Shown: one piece after another, positions 37,353 to 48,101 of the stretch
How the letters are laid out: every line of letters starts with the position of its first letter
Numbering within the stretch: position 1 is the first letter of the stretch
Assembly (NCBI GenBank): GCA_965261395.1
Contig: OZ253462.1
Location: 3,808,001-3,872,000 of the forward strand
Reading direction: 5' to 3'
DNA length: 64,000 nucleotides
Source: Candidatus Latescibacterota bacterium
Lineage (GTDB): Bacteria > Latescibacterota > UBA2968 > UBA8231
Made by a program: the position numbers and the translations under genes
Notes under the pieces: model-generated
What the model was told of the DNA's origin: nothing
Database searches by the model: none
Seen by the model: the letters and a program-made list of their open reading frames with translations, nothing else

Positions 37353-40300
37353 GTGCCCACTGCATTGGAACTGGCCCGTCGCGCCCTCACCGCCGACGCG
37401 GCCAAAGCCCTTAATCCACTAGAGCAATTGGGTTTTGCCGATCCGGTCCAGGCCCTAGAGACCTTGGACCGGATCGGTACCCCCCCGCAATCCGCGCCGC
37501 TGCCAGCCCTCGCCTTGGCCGAGCTAGCCGCGACGGGCCGGCCGGACGAGGGGTTGCGGCAGTTGGTGCGCTTGGCCATGGCGTACGGCAGCCCGCAGAG
37601 TCTTTTCTCTCACTTGGAGGCCGATTCCATTCTGTGCCAGCGCTTGGTGCAGATCGTGAGCCACAGCACCTTTCTCGCCGACATCTTGGTGCGCAATGCC
37701 GAATTTCTGCTGTGGCTGTTGGCCGAGACCCCGCACTTAGTCGAGCCGCTGGAGCGGAATGTCCTGCGGCAGATTTTGCGCACCGATATCGATCATGTCT
37801 CCGAGTCCGAGGAGGGTTTGGAGATATTGCGGCGGGTGCACCGGCGCGAAATTTTGCGCATTGGTGCCGCTGAGATCCTCGGCACCAAACCGGTTGCGGA
37901 AATTGGGAGAGAACTGGCCGACTTAGCCGACGTGGTGGTCGAGTTGGCCCTCGAAATATGCGAGCACGCCTTGTGGCAGGAACATGGCCACCCGCTGGAC
38001 GAGCGCGGCCGTCCAGCGCGCTTTCTCGTCGTCGGCTTGGGCAAATACGGCGGGCAGGAGTTAAACTACAGCTCGGATATCGACCTAATTTTCGCGTGGG
38101 ATGGCGAGGGCGAAACCCAGCCTGAGGGGGAGGGGACGCCGCTGGAGAACAGCGAGTTTTTCCGCCGCTTGGGCCAGCGCCTAGTCCAAGTGCTGACCGA
38201 GGCGACCAAGGAGGGGTTTTTCTACCGAGTCGATATGCGGTTGCGCCCCGAGGGCACGAGCGGCACTTTGACGCACTCGTTGCGCGCCAGTTGGACTTAT
38301 TACGAGACGCGCGGGGAACTGTGGGAGCGGCAGATGCTCATCAAGGCCCGGCGCGTGGCGGGCTCACAGACATTGGGGGAGCAATACGCGGCCATGCTCC
38401 GTCCCTTTATCTACCCGGCCCACTTCCACTCGGCACCGCACGAGGAAATCCGCCGCATCAAGGAGCGGATTGAGGCGAGCATCCGCGAGCGTCCCCGCGG
38501 CGAAAACAACATCAAGCTGCAAGCGGGCGGGATCCGCGACATCGAATTCATCGTCCAGTGCCTACAGCTACTCTACGGGGGCATCCGTCCCCAAGCGCGC
38601 ATCCACAACACGCTAGCCGCCATCGACCGCTTGGCCGAGGTGTCGGCATTGACTAGGGCCGAAGCTAGCGCGCTAAAGGGCGCGTACGAGTTTTTCCGCC
38701 GCGTTGAAAACCTGTTGCAAATCGCCTCTGGCCGGCCCGACTACGCCATCCCAGAAGATGCGCGCGCCGCGCGGGCCTTGGCCCTGATCATGGGCTATGG
38801 AGATGTGCGGCCCTTTGCCAGCGTGCTGGCCGGACACCGGCTGCGGGTGCGCCGCCTGTTTGCCTCGCTGTTTTACAGCGACGCGGCGGTCCCGCGCGCA
38901 CCGACGTGGCTCTTGGAAGTCGAAAACGGCAGCGAGGCGGCAAAAGCCGACCTGGAGGATCGGGGCTTTGTCGATGGGGCGGCTGCGCACCGTCGCTTGC
39001 AGCGGCTGGCGGCCATGGGCCTATTGTTGAGCGGGAGCGGTGCATACTTTGAGGCCCTGTTGCCGGAATTGCTGAATTCGCTGGCCGCGGCCCCCGACCC
39101 AGACCAAGGGCTTTTGCGCTTCACCCAGCTAGTCGAGGCGTATGGTGCGCCGGGCGCTTTGTACTTCTTGTTGCAAGAGCACACAGGCTTCCGCACCTTG
39201 CTCATTTCCATTTGTGGCTCGAGCCGCTTTCTCGCCGATCTTTTGCGCCGCGACCCGGCTCTGCTCGACAGCTTAGTTAGCCAAGCCGGTCAGGGCTTGG
39301 AGCCTAGGTTGGCGCGCGGCGATTTGAGCGCCATCGCGCGAATGCAGAATCAATCCCTCCTGCGGATTGGGGCCGACGACCTGATGGGGTTGGCGACTGA
39401 GGAGGAGACCTTCCTGCGGCTGACGGAGTTGGGTGAAGACGTGTTGCAAGCGGTCTATCGGCTGGCTTGGCGTCCGTTGGTGCGGCGGTGGGGCAAGCCG
39501 CGCAACCGGCAGGGCCGCGACGTGCAGTTCGCCGTATTGGCCGCTGGCAAGTTTGGGGGCCGCGAGGTGGATTTCGGCTCGGATTTGGATTTGTTTTTCG
39601 TGTACGAAAGCGACGGCAAGACGCGCCGAGGCGTGCCTAATAGTGTATTTTTCATTGAGTTCAGCCAGCATCTGATCGCCCTGTTAGCCGAGGAGGGGCT
39701 GTACTCGGTGGATGCGCGGCTGCGGCCCGAAGGGGCCAGCTCCCCCATGGCCATCTCGCTGGTCGGCTACCGCCGCTACTTGGCGCAGCGGGCGGCCACT
39801 TGGGAGCGGATGGCGCTGAGTCGCGCTCGGCAAGTGGCCGGCGATGCCGAGTTCGGTGCGCGGGTCTTGCGAGCGATTGAGCGCTTCGTTTACAGCCGGG
39901 AAGTGGACGCGGCCCTAGTCGAGCAGATGCAGGAGATGCGCCAGCGGATGGAGCCGCAGGGCAAACGCCAAGCGCGCATCAACATCAAGCGCGGTCCGGG
40001 CGGCATCGTCGATATCGAGTTTGTGGCGCAGGTCCTCGTGCTCAAGTGGGGCTATCGGGACCACAGCTTGCGCGTGGGCAGCACGAGACACGCGCTGCAG
40101 TTGCTCGTCGAGCAGGGTTGTTTAGACCCGGAGCGGGGCCACTTTCTCCTCGATGCGTACGAGTATCTGCGGGCCGTGGAAAAGGGCATGCGGCTCGCCA
40201 GCGAAAGGGCCAGTGACGCCCTGCCGACCGGGCGGGAGTTGGAGATATTGAGCCGCGCCCTCGGCACCGAAGACGTAGCGGCCTTCCAAAACGAGGTGGA

Positions 40301-40361
40301 GGCGCGCATGCAGCAGACGCGGCGCGTATTCTCGGCCGTATTCGCCGAATTAACCAATTGA
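37353..40361 (+). CDS. glnE: Glutamine synthetase adenylyltransferase/deadenylase
   Basis: Two nucleotidyltransferase domains (GLGKYGGQELNYSSDIDL; AGKFGGREVDFGSDLDL), each with DxRLRPEG and GGIxDIEF. Confidence 0.93.
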   Translation: MPTALELARRALTADAAKALNPLEQLGFADPVQALETLDRIGTPPQSAPLPALALAELAATGRPDEGLRQLVRLAMAYGSPQSLFSHLEADSILCQRLVQIVSHSTFLADILVRNAEFLLWLLAETPHLVEPLERNVLRQILRTDIDHVSESEEGLEILRRVHRREILRIGAAEILGTKPVAEIGRELADLADVVVELALEICEHALWQEHGHPLDERGRPARFLVVGLGKYGGQELNYSSDIDLIFAWDGEGETQPEGEGTPLENSEFFRRLGQRLVQVLTEATKEGFFYRVDMRLRPEGTSGTLTHSLRASWTYYETRGELWERQMLIKARRVAGSQTLGEQYAAMLRPFIYPAHFHSAPHEEIRRIKERIEASIRERPRGENNIKLQAGGIRDIEFIVQCLQLLYGGIRPQARIHNTLAAIDRLAEVSALTRAEASALKGAYEFFRRVENLLQIASGRPDYAIPEDARAARALALIMGYGDVRPFASVLAGHRLRVRRLFASLFYSDAAVPRAPTWLLEVENGSEAAKADLEDRGFVDGAAAHRRLQRLAAMGLLLSGSGAYFEALLPELLNSLAAAPDPDQGLLRFTQLVEAYGAPGALYFLLQEHTGFRTLLISICGSSRFLADLLRRDPALLDSLVSQAGQGLEPRLARGDLSAIARMQNQSLLRIGADDLMGLATEEETFLRLTELGEDVLQAVYRLAWRPLVRRWGKPRNRQGRDVQFAVLAAGKFGGREVDFGSDLDLFFVYESDGKTRRGVPNSVFFIEFSQHLIALLAEEGLYSVDARLRPEGASSPMAISLVGYRRYLAQRAATWERMALSRARQVAGDAEFGARVLRAIERFVYSREVDAALVEQMQEMRQRMEPQGKRQARINIKRGPGGIVDIEFVAQVLVLKWGYRDHSLRVGSTRHALQLLVEQGCLDPERGHFLLDAYEYLRAVEKGMRLASERASDALPTGRELEILSRALGTEDVAAFQNEVEARMQQTRRVFSAVFAELTN

Positions 40362-40374
40362 GGAGCGCTTATTT

Positions 40375-41361
40375 ATGGATGGTATAAGCAAGGCCGCGCG
40401 AGTCGGTCAGATGGTTATCGGAGTCGTGTATATCGTCGCCGGAGCGCTTAAGACATGGGAGCCGGTACTTTTTTATTGGGAGGCCATTCCCTATGCGCAG
40501 ATGCTCGGGATCGTGGAATGGGAGTCCGCATCGGCAGCCGCCAAGGCGGCCATCGCATTGGGGCCGATTGAATTCGTCCTCGGCTGGGCGCTGCTGCTCA
40601 ACTGGCAGCCGCGGCTGTGCTTGCCGGTAGCGACGATGTTGATGGCCGCGTTTACCGCGCTGACGGCCAAGGCTTGGCACATGGGTGCCTCGATAGACTG
40701 CGGCTGCTTTGGTGCCCTCGTCGAGCGCGGGCCGAAGGAAGCGACAATAGAAGATTGCGCTATGCTGGTGGTGCTGCTATTTGCTTGGTGGGGAATGCGC
40801 CGCAGTGCAAAAGCCGCGTCCGCGGCTGGTGGGTCCAATTGGTGGGGAGCGGGTGGTGCGCCCGTCTGGCCGCTGGCGAGTCGGATGGTATTAAGCGCGC
40901 TCGTCGTCGGGCTAGCGGTGGGTGGCGTGCGGTTTTTTCCCGAGCTAGAGCGAATCCAGCAGTCGGACCTCAAAAGCGGGGTACGGCTCTCTGGTTTGGC
41001 GCTTGAAGGTGTGGATGTCGATTTGATGCAGGGGGAGTACCTGCTCGAATTGTTCAGCCCCACTTGCAGCCACTGCCAAAACGCAGTGCCCAAGATGAAT
41101 GCCTTGGCCCAAGACCCACAGTTGCCGCGGCTCATCGCCCTGACCAAGCATGCCCTCGACTCAGCGGATATGGCCGATTTCAAGAAGCGGCTGCAACCGC
41201 GCTTTGACATTGCCACCATATCGCAGACTGACTTCTTTCGCCTGACCTTTGGCCACGGCTATCCGCGCTTGGCCTATATCGCCGACGGGGTGGTGCAGCA
41301 GGTGTGGGAGAGCAACTACATGCCGACGCAAGAGCGGCTGCGAAAAATTACGGGTTCTTAA
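40375..41361 (+). CDS. MauE/DoxX membrane protein with C-terminal thioredoxin-like domain
   Basis: TM helices with DCGCFG; FSPTCSHC (CxxC) and GYPRL. Confidence 0.75.
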   Translation: MDGISKAARVGQMVIGVVYIVAGALKTWEPVLFYWEAIPYAQMLGIVEWESASAAAKAAIALGPIEFVLGWALLLNWQPRLCLPVATMLMAAFTALTAKAWHMGASIDCGCFGALVERGPKEATIEDCAMLVVLLFAWWGMRRSAKAASAAGGSNWWGAGGAPVWPLASRMVLSALVVGLAVGGVRFFPELERIQQSDLKSGVRLSGLALEGVDVDLMQGEYLLELFSPTCSHCQNAVPKMNALAQDPQLPRLIALTKHALDSADMADFKKRLQPRFDIATISQTDFFRLTFGHGYPRLAYIADGVVQQVWESNYMPTQERLRKITGS

Positions 41362-41410
41362 ACGTAGATTATCATTTACCTACTTATGAATGACTTAGGA
41401 TGGCTATAGT

Positions 41411-42703
41411 ATGGCAATGAGCAAGTTGGCCTTTTGCGGTGGTTGCAAGGCCGTCACCGCTGACGAAGGCGATATTTTTCGCTGGCCGATCATCACCGCC
41501 GAGGACGAGGCGGCCGTGCTGGATGTGCTGCGTCGCGGGGCGATGTCGGGCTGGGACCTAACCCTGGCCTTTGAAGAGGACTTGAAGTCCTACTTCGGCT
41601 TGCAGCACGCCCTCTGCCACAACACGGGCACGGCAGCGATCCAGGCCGCGCTGTGGGCCTGCGGCGTCGGCGTTGGTGACGAGGTCATCTCGCAGAGCAT
41701 GACCTTTTGGGGCACGTCACTCCAAGTGTTCTCACTGGGGGGGACGGTGGTGTTTTCCGAGATTGACCCTGACACCCTGACGATGGACCCCAACGATATT
41801 GAGCACCGCATTACCGAGCGGACGAAGGCCATTGTCCCCGTGCATTACTGCGCCTATCCAGCCGATATGGATCCGATCATGGAAATTGCCGAGCGGCACG
41901 GGCTGAAGGTGGTTGAAGATGTCTCGCACGCCCAAGGTGGTCGCTACAAGGGGCGGCTGCTGGGTACAATCGGCCACATCGGTGCAATGTCGATTATGTC
42001 GGGCAAGTCGCTGGCCTGCGGCGAGGGTGGCTTTTTTGTCTCCGACGACCAAGCTCTGTACGAGCGCGCCGCGGCCTTTGGGCACTATGAGCGCACCCGA
42101 TCCATAGAAGATCTCGCGCTGAGGCCTTTTGCCGGGATGCCGCTGGGCGGATATAAATATCGGATGCATCAGTTGTCTTCGGCGGTGGGTCGCACGCAGC
42201 TAAAGTACTACAATGAGCGGATGCAGGAGATCCAGCGGGCGATGAATTACTTCTGGGACCTGCTAGAAGGCGTCCCGGGTATCAAGGCGCATCGGCCTCT
42301 GGCCGATAGCGGCTCGACGATGGGCGGCTGGTACGCGGCCAAGGGGTTGTACGCGCCCGAGGAGTTAGGTGGCTTGCCGGTCGAGCGCTTTTGCGCGGCG
42401 GTTACGGCCGAGACTGGGGCGTACAAGATCATGCCGGGTGCCAATGAGCTGATGCACCTGCACCCGGTACTCAACGAGGCCGATATCTACGGACACGGCC
42501 AACCCACGCGCATCGCTCACTCCAACCGCGATCTGCGGCAGGGGCCGGGTAGCCTGCCGGTGACCGAGCGCATGACCGGCCGCATCTATTCGATTCCGTG
42601 GTTTAAGCACTGCGACGCCACAATCATCGGGCAATACGCCACGGCCTTCCGCAAGGTGGCCGAGTGCGCGGATGAGCTGCTAGAGGATGGACGAGATGGG
42701 TGA
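41411..42703 (+). CDS. DegT/DnrJ/EryC1/StrS PLP-dependent aminotransferase
   Basis: GVGVGDEVI, RTKAIVPVH, EDVSHAQG and SGKSLACGEGG motifs. Confidence 0.9.
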   Translation: MAMSKLAFCGGCKAVTADEGDIFRWPIITAEDEAAVLDVLRRGAMSGWDLTLAFEEDLKSYFGLQHALCHNTGTAAIQAALWACGVGVGDEVISQSMTFWGTSLQVFSLGGTVVFSEIDPDTLTMDPNDIEHRITERTKAIVPVHYCAYPADMDPIMEIAERHGLKVVEDVSHAQGGRYKGRLLGTIGHIGAMSIMSGKSLACGEGGFFVSDDQALYERAAAFGHYERTRSIEDLALRPFAGMPLGGYKYRMHQLSSAVGRTQLKYYNERMQEIQRAMNYFWDLLEGVPGIKAHRPLADSGSTMGGWYAAKGLYAPEELGGLPVERFCAAVTAETGAYKIMPGANELMHLHPVLNEADIYGHGQPTRIAHSNRDLRQGPGSLPVTERMTGRIYSIPWFKHCDATIIGQYATAFRKVAECADELLEDGRDG

Positions 42704-43484
42704 TCCGTTGAGAGTGCGGCTGTTTGGGTACGGGGTACCTTATCGAGTGGAAGTAGGTGAAGCGGGGGCGGTTGCGCCGCGGCCTACGGATGCAGCGGGC
42801 GAGGCCGAGCGCCTTTGCGGTGCCTTGCGCCAGTTGCGCGGAGAGGGCGATGGCTCTACGGATGGCGACTGGGTGTATTCGCTGCCCTTTGGGCGTTGCG
42901 GGGTACAAGGGCGGCCGCGCGAACATATCATCGCCCACTTCTGCGCCGAGGCGTATATAGATGTGCTCTCTATGGACGGGATAAAAACCGAGCCGCTCGC
43001 CGCTGGCGAGATCGCCGATATTGAGCCGGGGAGTGTCGTCCGGTTCCGCGCTCGGCCTTTGGAAAACCATCAAGTGCTCGTGGCTTTCCAGACCGAGGAC
43101 CGCACGCCGCTGTTGGGCCACGCCGCGCCCTTCACTCTCGACGGCGAGGTGCCCGACGACTGGCGCGAGCGGCTGGTTCAGTGCCACGCCGCCTTTGACG
43201 CCGCTGCTGCACGGGCATCCGGCGGCGGGCATCGGCCGCTGCTGGAACGCTTCTTTGGGGCGATGGCCGAAGCCCTAGCCGACGATCCTGCAATCACCGC
43301 CGCACAAGAGCAGGCGCGGCGCGAGGGTTCGTACGCGGTTGCAGAGGAGCAAGCTCTTTTCGACCGCCAGCGCGCCTTGCTCGGCGAAGAAGTCCTAGCC
43401 CGCATCCGCGACCAAGACGAGGCCGTGTTCCGCTTTCCGGGAATGTTCGGCGGAGTCGCGCCGCTTTTTAACCTAGTAGATTAA
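42696..43484 (+). CDS. Hypothetical protein
   Basis: ORF of about 262 aa overlapping the upstream stop, within a co-directional operon. Confidence 0.65.
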   Translation: MGDPLRVRLFGYGVPYRVEVGEAGAVAPRPTDAAGEAERLCGALRQLRGEGDGSTDGDWVYSLPFGRCGVQGRPREHIIAHFCAEAYIDVLSMDGIKTEPLAAGEIADIEPGSVVRFRARPLENHQVLVAFQTEDRTPLLGHAAPFTLDGEVPDDWRERLVQCHAAFDAAAARASGGGHRPLLERFFGAMAEALADDPAITAAQEQARREGSYAVAEEQALFDRQRALLGEEVLARIRDQDEAVFRFPGMFGGVAPLFNLVD

Positions 43485-43494
43485 GAGAAACGCA

Positions 43495-44460
43495 ATGGCA
43501 AAAAGGAAGATTCGCGTCGGCCTAATCGGCTGTGGCGGCAACATGCGTGGTGCCCACATTCCCCGGCTAAAAGCCGACGGCCGCGTAGAGCTGGTGGCGG
43601 TCGCCGATCCTGAGGAAGCATCGGCGCGGCAATTGCTGGAAGTATGGGGAGCTGAGGCCGCATATTACGCCGACTACCGGCAGATGATTGGCGCAGACGC
43701 GCTCGACGGGGTGCTGATTTCTTCGCCGCATTCGACTCACTACGAGCAGGCGCGCTACGCGCTAGAGCGGGATTTGCACGTCTTGGTCGAAAAACCCCTG
43801 ACGACGAAGGCGCGCCACGCCCAGGCCCTAATTGATCTGGCTGCCGAGCGGGAGCGCCTATTGGTCGTCAGCTATCAGCGCAATTTTTACCCGGCGTATG
43901 CGTATGCGCGGGAACTGGTACAGAAGGGGAGCCTCGGCGAGCTCAAGGGGGTCGTCGCGTACGTGACGCAAAATTGGGGCGGCAAGGGATGGCGGATGGT
44001 GCCCGAGCTGGCAGGAGGCGGGATGTTTATGGACACCGGCAGTCACTTGGTGGCCGCGGTGCTGTGGATTACCGGCTTGACGCCGGTAAAGGTCTCGGCC
44101 TTCATGGACAAGCGGGGCAAGCGGGTGGATATGGATGCCGTGATCAATGCGCGGTTTCGCGGCGGCGCGCTGGGGTCGTTGAGTTTTATCGGCAGTGCGA
44201 GCCGACACGACGAGCGGCTGGCCATCCACGGCGACGAGGGGACCTTGGTCTTTCATTTGCACCAGTGGCAGGTGCGGGCGGTGTTGCTGAATGGGGAGCC
44301 GTTGGAGGTGCCCAAGCGGGTGAAGGAAGATACGCCAGACGCGGCCTTTTTGCGCTGGATTCGCAACGGTGGCAAGGGCTATGAGCTGGCGAATTTTGCC
44401 GTGCAGGTAGCCAAGTTCACCGAGGCTGCGTATCGGTCGCTGGAGCAGAAGCGGCGGTGA
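43495..44460 (+). CDS. Gfo/Idh/MocA family oxidoreductase
   Basis: VGLIGCGG, HVLVEKP and GGGMFMDTGSH motifs. Confidence 0.9.
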   Translation: MAKRKIRVGLIGCGGNMRGAHIPRLKADGRVELVAVADPEEASARQLLEVWGAEAAYYADYRQMIGADALDGVLISSPHSTHYEQARYALERDLHVLVEKPLTTKARHAQALIDLAAERERLLVVSYQRNFYPAYAYARELVQKGSLGELKGVVAYVTQNWGGKGWRMVPELAGGGMFMDTGSHLVAAVLWITGLTPVKVSAFMDKRGKRVDMDAVINARFRGGALGSLSFIGSASRHDERLAIHGDEGTLVFHLHQWQVRAVLLNGEPLEVPKRVKEDTPDAAFLRWIRNGGKGYELANFAVQVAKFTEAAYRSLEQKRR

Positions 44461-46130
44461 TTGCGTACGCGCCGCTCGTCGGCGAACTGGATCAGCAGGT
44501 CGAGGGGGTTCTGACGCGCCAAGTGTTGGACGCGGCAAGCCCCTACTGCGGCGGCTTTATGGACAGTGACCGGCTGGTGGGTTCGCAAAGCATCAGCGCG
44601 GTTGCGTCACTTGGCTACGCCTATCTATTGCCCGAATCGCGTCACTACCGAAGCGAAGAGTTCTTGCAGCGGATCCTCCTAGCCGCTGAGTTTGCCCGCC
44701 GGCATCGGAACCCGTCGGGTTGTTTCGACTTGCTGACCACCAATTTCGACTCGGCCCCGGACACCGGTTTTGTGGTGCAGGCCATCGCACCGGTCGTATT
44801 TGCGGCGCGGCAACAGACTACAGACGACGCGGGAGCCGCAGCAATCGCCGAAGCCCTCGGCGAGTTGATACGAACCGGAGCGCCGGGCATGGTCGCCGGC
44901 GGCTTCCACACGCCCAATCATCGCTGGGTGCTAGTCGCCGCACTGGCCCAAGCCCAAGCCCTCTATCCAGAGTTGGAGGTGGGCGAGACCGTGGATGCGT
45001 ACCTCGACGAAGGCATTGATATCAACGCCGACGGCGAGTATAGCGAACGGAGTACGGGCGTGTACAATGCGGTGGTCAACCGCGCCTTAATCCGCGCGGC
45101 GCACGTGCTTGAACGGCCCGACCTGCTGGAGCCGGTGCGGCGCAACTTGGATTTGTCCTACCATCTCCTCCACGCCGACGCCACCGCGGTGACCAGCATT
45201 TCCAAGCGGCAGGACCGCGACACGCGGGCCGTGCCGACCGGTTTGGCCGACGGCTATCACGCCTTGGCCCATTTAGACGACAATGGCTTGTACGCGGCTG
45301 TGGCCGACCTGTTGGTCGCGCGCGGCGGCGGTTTGGTCTGTCTGCCGAACTACGTCCTGTATCCCGAATGGCGAGCGGATTGTCTCAAGCGGACGCCCTT
45401 GCCCGAGCACTATAGCCGCGTCTATCCCGCGTCCGGCCTGTGGCGGGTGCGCCGGGGCGCGGTGAGTGCTACGGCTGCGGCGGGCCTGACCGCGCCCTTT
45501 AGCGTGGTCTGCGGGCAGGCCGAATTGGCGGCGGTGAAGATATCATCGACCTATTTTGCCACCGGACAATTTGTCGGTGAGGAGTTTGCTGCGTCTGGCA
45601 AAGGGGTGCGGATGCAGCACAAGGGCCGCAACCGCATCTACCCGGAAAAGGATTACGTAGGGGGGATTTACTGGCTGCCGATTGCCGAGCAGGTGAATGC
45701 CGACAATTGGAGCCAAGTGCGGGGTCGGCGGGAAACGTATGAACTGCCGCCGCTGGAAGTCGAGTTGCACATCGAGCCAGTGACCGGCGGTTTTGACCTC
45801 CACATCCGTACCTCAGGAGGCGTTGAAGGGGTGCCCTTTCAGATTGAGGGGGTCTTCGCTCCGGGCGGAACCTTGGAGATGGATAGCGCGCTCGTCGAGG
45901 GCCGTGCCGGGCACACGGTCTTTCTCAAAGCGGGGCACGCACTCTACCGAGTGGGCGACGACGCCATCCGCATTGGCCCGGGGGCCATGGAGCACACCAT
46001 GTGGCGGATGCGCAATAGCGAGATCAACGAAGGGCGTTTGCGGGTGCTCATCGCCCTGCGGACGCCGGTGGCGCGGACTTTGGAAATCCGCTGTGGGCAG
46101 TGGTCGGACGCGAAGGGTGGGTTTTTATAG
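44457..46130 (+). CDS. Hypothetical protein, probable alpha/alpha-barrel plus beta-sandwich (heparinase II/III-like layout)
   Basis: GGFHTPNHRWV and DGEYSERSTGVY motifs; GTGA overlap with the upstream gene. Confidence 0.6.
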   Translation: MIAYAPLVGELDQQVEGVLTRQVLDAASPYCGGFMDSDRLVGSQSISAVASLGYAYLLPESRHYRSEEFLQRILLAAEFARRHRNPSGCFDLLTTNFDSAPDTGFVVQAIAPVVFAARQQTTDDAGAAAIAEALGELIRTGAPGMVAGGFHTPNHRWVLVAALAQAQALYPELEVGETVDAYLDEGIDINADGEYSERSTGVYNAVVNRALIRAAHVLERPDLLEPVRRNLDLSYHLLHADATAVTSISKRQDRDTRAVPTGLADGYHALAHLDDNGLYAAVADLLVARGGGLVCLPNYVLYPEWRADCLKRTPLPEHYSRVYPASGLWRVRRGAVSATAAAGLTAPFSVVCGQAELAAVKISSTYFATGQFVGEEFAASGKGVRMQHKGRNRIYPEKDYVGGIYWLPIAEQVNADNWSQVRGRRETYELPPLEVELHIEPVTGGFDLHIRTSGGVEGVPFQIEGVFAPGGTLEMDSALVEGRAGHTVFLKAGHALYRVGDDAIRIGPGAMEHTMWRMRNSEINEGRLRVLIALRTPVARTLEIRCGQWSDAKGGFL

Positions 46131-46772
46131 GCTTCCCCCGGCCCACTGCACTCCTTGCACCATCATCTGCTGCATGCCTAGACACGCAAATGTTCCCGGA
46201 CCATGTCCCAACGCCGTATAAAATACTCGCCCTTCGCCGTAGGACTTGACCCACGCTAGGGGATGCTGCTTGCCGCTCCACTCGGCTGTGGCCAAAATGC
46301 GGATGGCCGGGTCCCACGCCGACATGTAAATCTCGTCTTCCACGTCAAAGTCGGGCACGCCCTGCGTAACGGGATGATCGCTGTCAGTAATGGAGACGGT
46401 GAAGGTCAATCCCGGCGGATGCCAGTTGGCGTGACCGCCAATCAGGTCCACAGCTTTGCCGCCAATACACCACGCAGTGCCGTGGATGCCGACCAAGCCT
46501 TTGCCACCGGCGACAAAATCGAACAGCCCCTCTTCTTGCGCGGGCGTCAGTACGGGCACTTGCTGCACGGTGCCGTCTTCCTGCCGCTCGCCTCGCGTGA
46601 AGCCGGTGCCGTGGACCAGCACATCGAAATCTCGCAGACCATCTGACGCCAACACGTCCTTGTCGTCGTCAAGCGCGACGGACAAATCGTCGTACGAGCT
46701 CAAAAACTCGTGGATGACCGGGGCAGTGGCTGCAAACCCATGGTTTGAGCCGGATAAAATTAGGACGTTCAT
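46125..46772 (-). CDS. ThuA-like domain protein
   Basis: GGKGLVGIH, HPVTQG...DEIY and GEGRVFYTALGH motifs. Confidence 0.85.
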   Translation of the reverse strand: MNVLILSGSNHGFAATAPVIHEFLSSYDDLSVALDDDKDVLASDGLRDFDVLVHGTGFTRGERQEDGTVQQVPVLTPAQEEGLFDFVAGGKGLVGIHGTAWCIGGKAVDLIGGHANWHPPGLTFTVSITDSDHPVTQGVPDFDVEDEIYMSAWDPAIRILATAEWSGKQHPLAWVKSYGEGRVFYTALGHGPGTFACLGMQQMMVQGVQWAGGSL

Positions 46773-46867
46773 ATGGCCTCCTGTGTTAGGGTAGTGGTTG
46801 TCGGCATATTCCCGTGCATATTGCTGTTTGGTTCTAATTGGCCGAGGACGTCAGATGGCGACTTCTC

Positions 46868-47995
46868 TCATACGGCATAGGATACCGAGCCGTCGGCGCG
46901 CAGGGGTGTGGAGGCGTTGTTGATGGGTTTGTAGGGCGTTTGCTCGATCAAGTCCTCATCCAACTCCACGCCGAGGCCCGGGGCTTGGGGGATCGGGATG
47001 TACCCACCCTCGCGCTTATATGAGCACCGATAGACCGCGTGGTGCGGGCCTTCGTCGCCTTTGGTGTATTCTTGGGTAATAAAGTTGGGAATCGAGGCGT
47101 CGAGGTGCAGGGAGGCGGCGGTAATCAGCGGTCCCAAGAAGTTGTGGGTCACCACAGCGCAGTGATAGGCCTCGCCGATGGCGGCGATTTTTTTGCAGTG
47201 CGAGATGCCGCCAGCCAAGGCCACATCCGGCCGCAAATACTGGGGGCCGCCCTGCTCCAACAACTCGCGGAACTCCCATATAGACACGAATCGCTCGCCG
47301 TTGCCAAAGGGCACGGTGGATTTCTGCGCGATGTGGGCTTGGGCCGAGATGCTGTCGATCTGGATCGGATCTTCGAGGAAGAAGACGTGGAAGGGCTTGA
47401 GGGCCTCGGCGAGGGCTATGGAGACCATGGGCGTCAGCTTGCGGTGCAGCTCGATAATCAGGTCCAAATCCGGGCCGCCGGCTTCGCGCGCGGCCGCGGT
47501 CAGCTCGACGGCGGTTTGGATCATCCGCGCTTGGCCCTTGTCGTGGCAGTCCGTGGTGACCGGGTCGAACTTGATGGCGGTAAAGCCCTCGGCGACAGCA
47601 GCTTGGGCGGCGTTGAAGTTGGCTTCCGGGGTGCTACCCCCAGAGAGCAGGTGTAGGCGGATCTTGTCGCGGACATTGCCGCCCAACAGCTCCCACACCG
47701 GCACTTCGAAGTGCTTGCCCTTGATGTCCCACAACGCGATATCCACGGCTGAGACGGCTCCCATGATGGCCGTGCCTCTGAAGGGGGCCATGCGGTAGAG
47801 GTACTGCCAGTGGTGTTCGATGCGGAGGGGATTTTGGCCAATGAGGTAGTCTTTGAAGACATCGACGATGCTCTGCACGGCCATGGGGTAGCCCCAGCAG
47901 GCGGTTTGGCCGATGCCGGTCAGGCCCGTATCCGTGGTAATGCGGACGATGTAGCCGTTGCCGATCAAGAGGGATTCGATCTGTTCGATTTTCAT
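46868..47995 (-). CDS. Mandelate racemase/enolase superfamily, galactonate dehydratase-like
   Basis: SAVDIALWDIKGK, LLGGNVRD, GFTAIKF, FLEDP, GER and PQAPGLGVE motifs. Confidence 0.9.
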   Translation of the reverse strand: MKIEQIESLLIGNGYIVRITTDTGLTGIGQTACWGYPMAVQSIVDVFKDYLIGQNPLRIEHHWQYLYRMAPFRGTAIMGAVSAVDIALWDIKGKHFEVPVWELLGGNVRDKIRLHLLSGGSTPEANFNAAQAAVAEGFTAIKFDPVTTDCHDKGQARMIQTAVELTAAAREAGGPDLDLIIELHRKLTPMVSIALAEALKPFHVFFLEDPIQIDSISAQAHIAQKSTVPFGNGERFVSIWEFRELLEQGGPQYLRPDVALAGGISHCKKIAAIGEAYHCAVVTHNFLGPLITAASLHLDASIPNFITQEYTKGDEGPHHAVYRCSYKREGGYIPIPQAPGLGVELDEDLIEQTPYKPINNASTPLRADGSVSYAV

Positions 47996-48101
47996 TTTTG
48001 ATGCTCCGTGTATATCGTAAAGGGGCAGGGTTGGTTACTAGTATAAATAGGTAGCTTATTTATTGAAAACTGCGCGACTGCGCAAGCAAGGGGAGGGTAG
48101 T

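Noticed and set aside
48043-48063. AT-rich dyad ATAAATA-N7-TATTTAT between the dehydratase and SDR genes
   Set aside because: Could be an operator, but it is low-complexity and no cognate regulator is nearby
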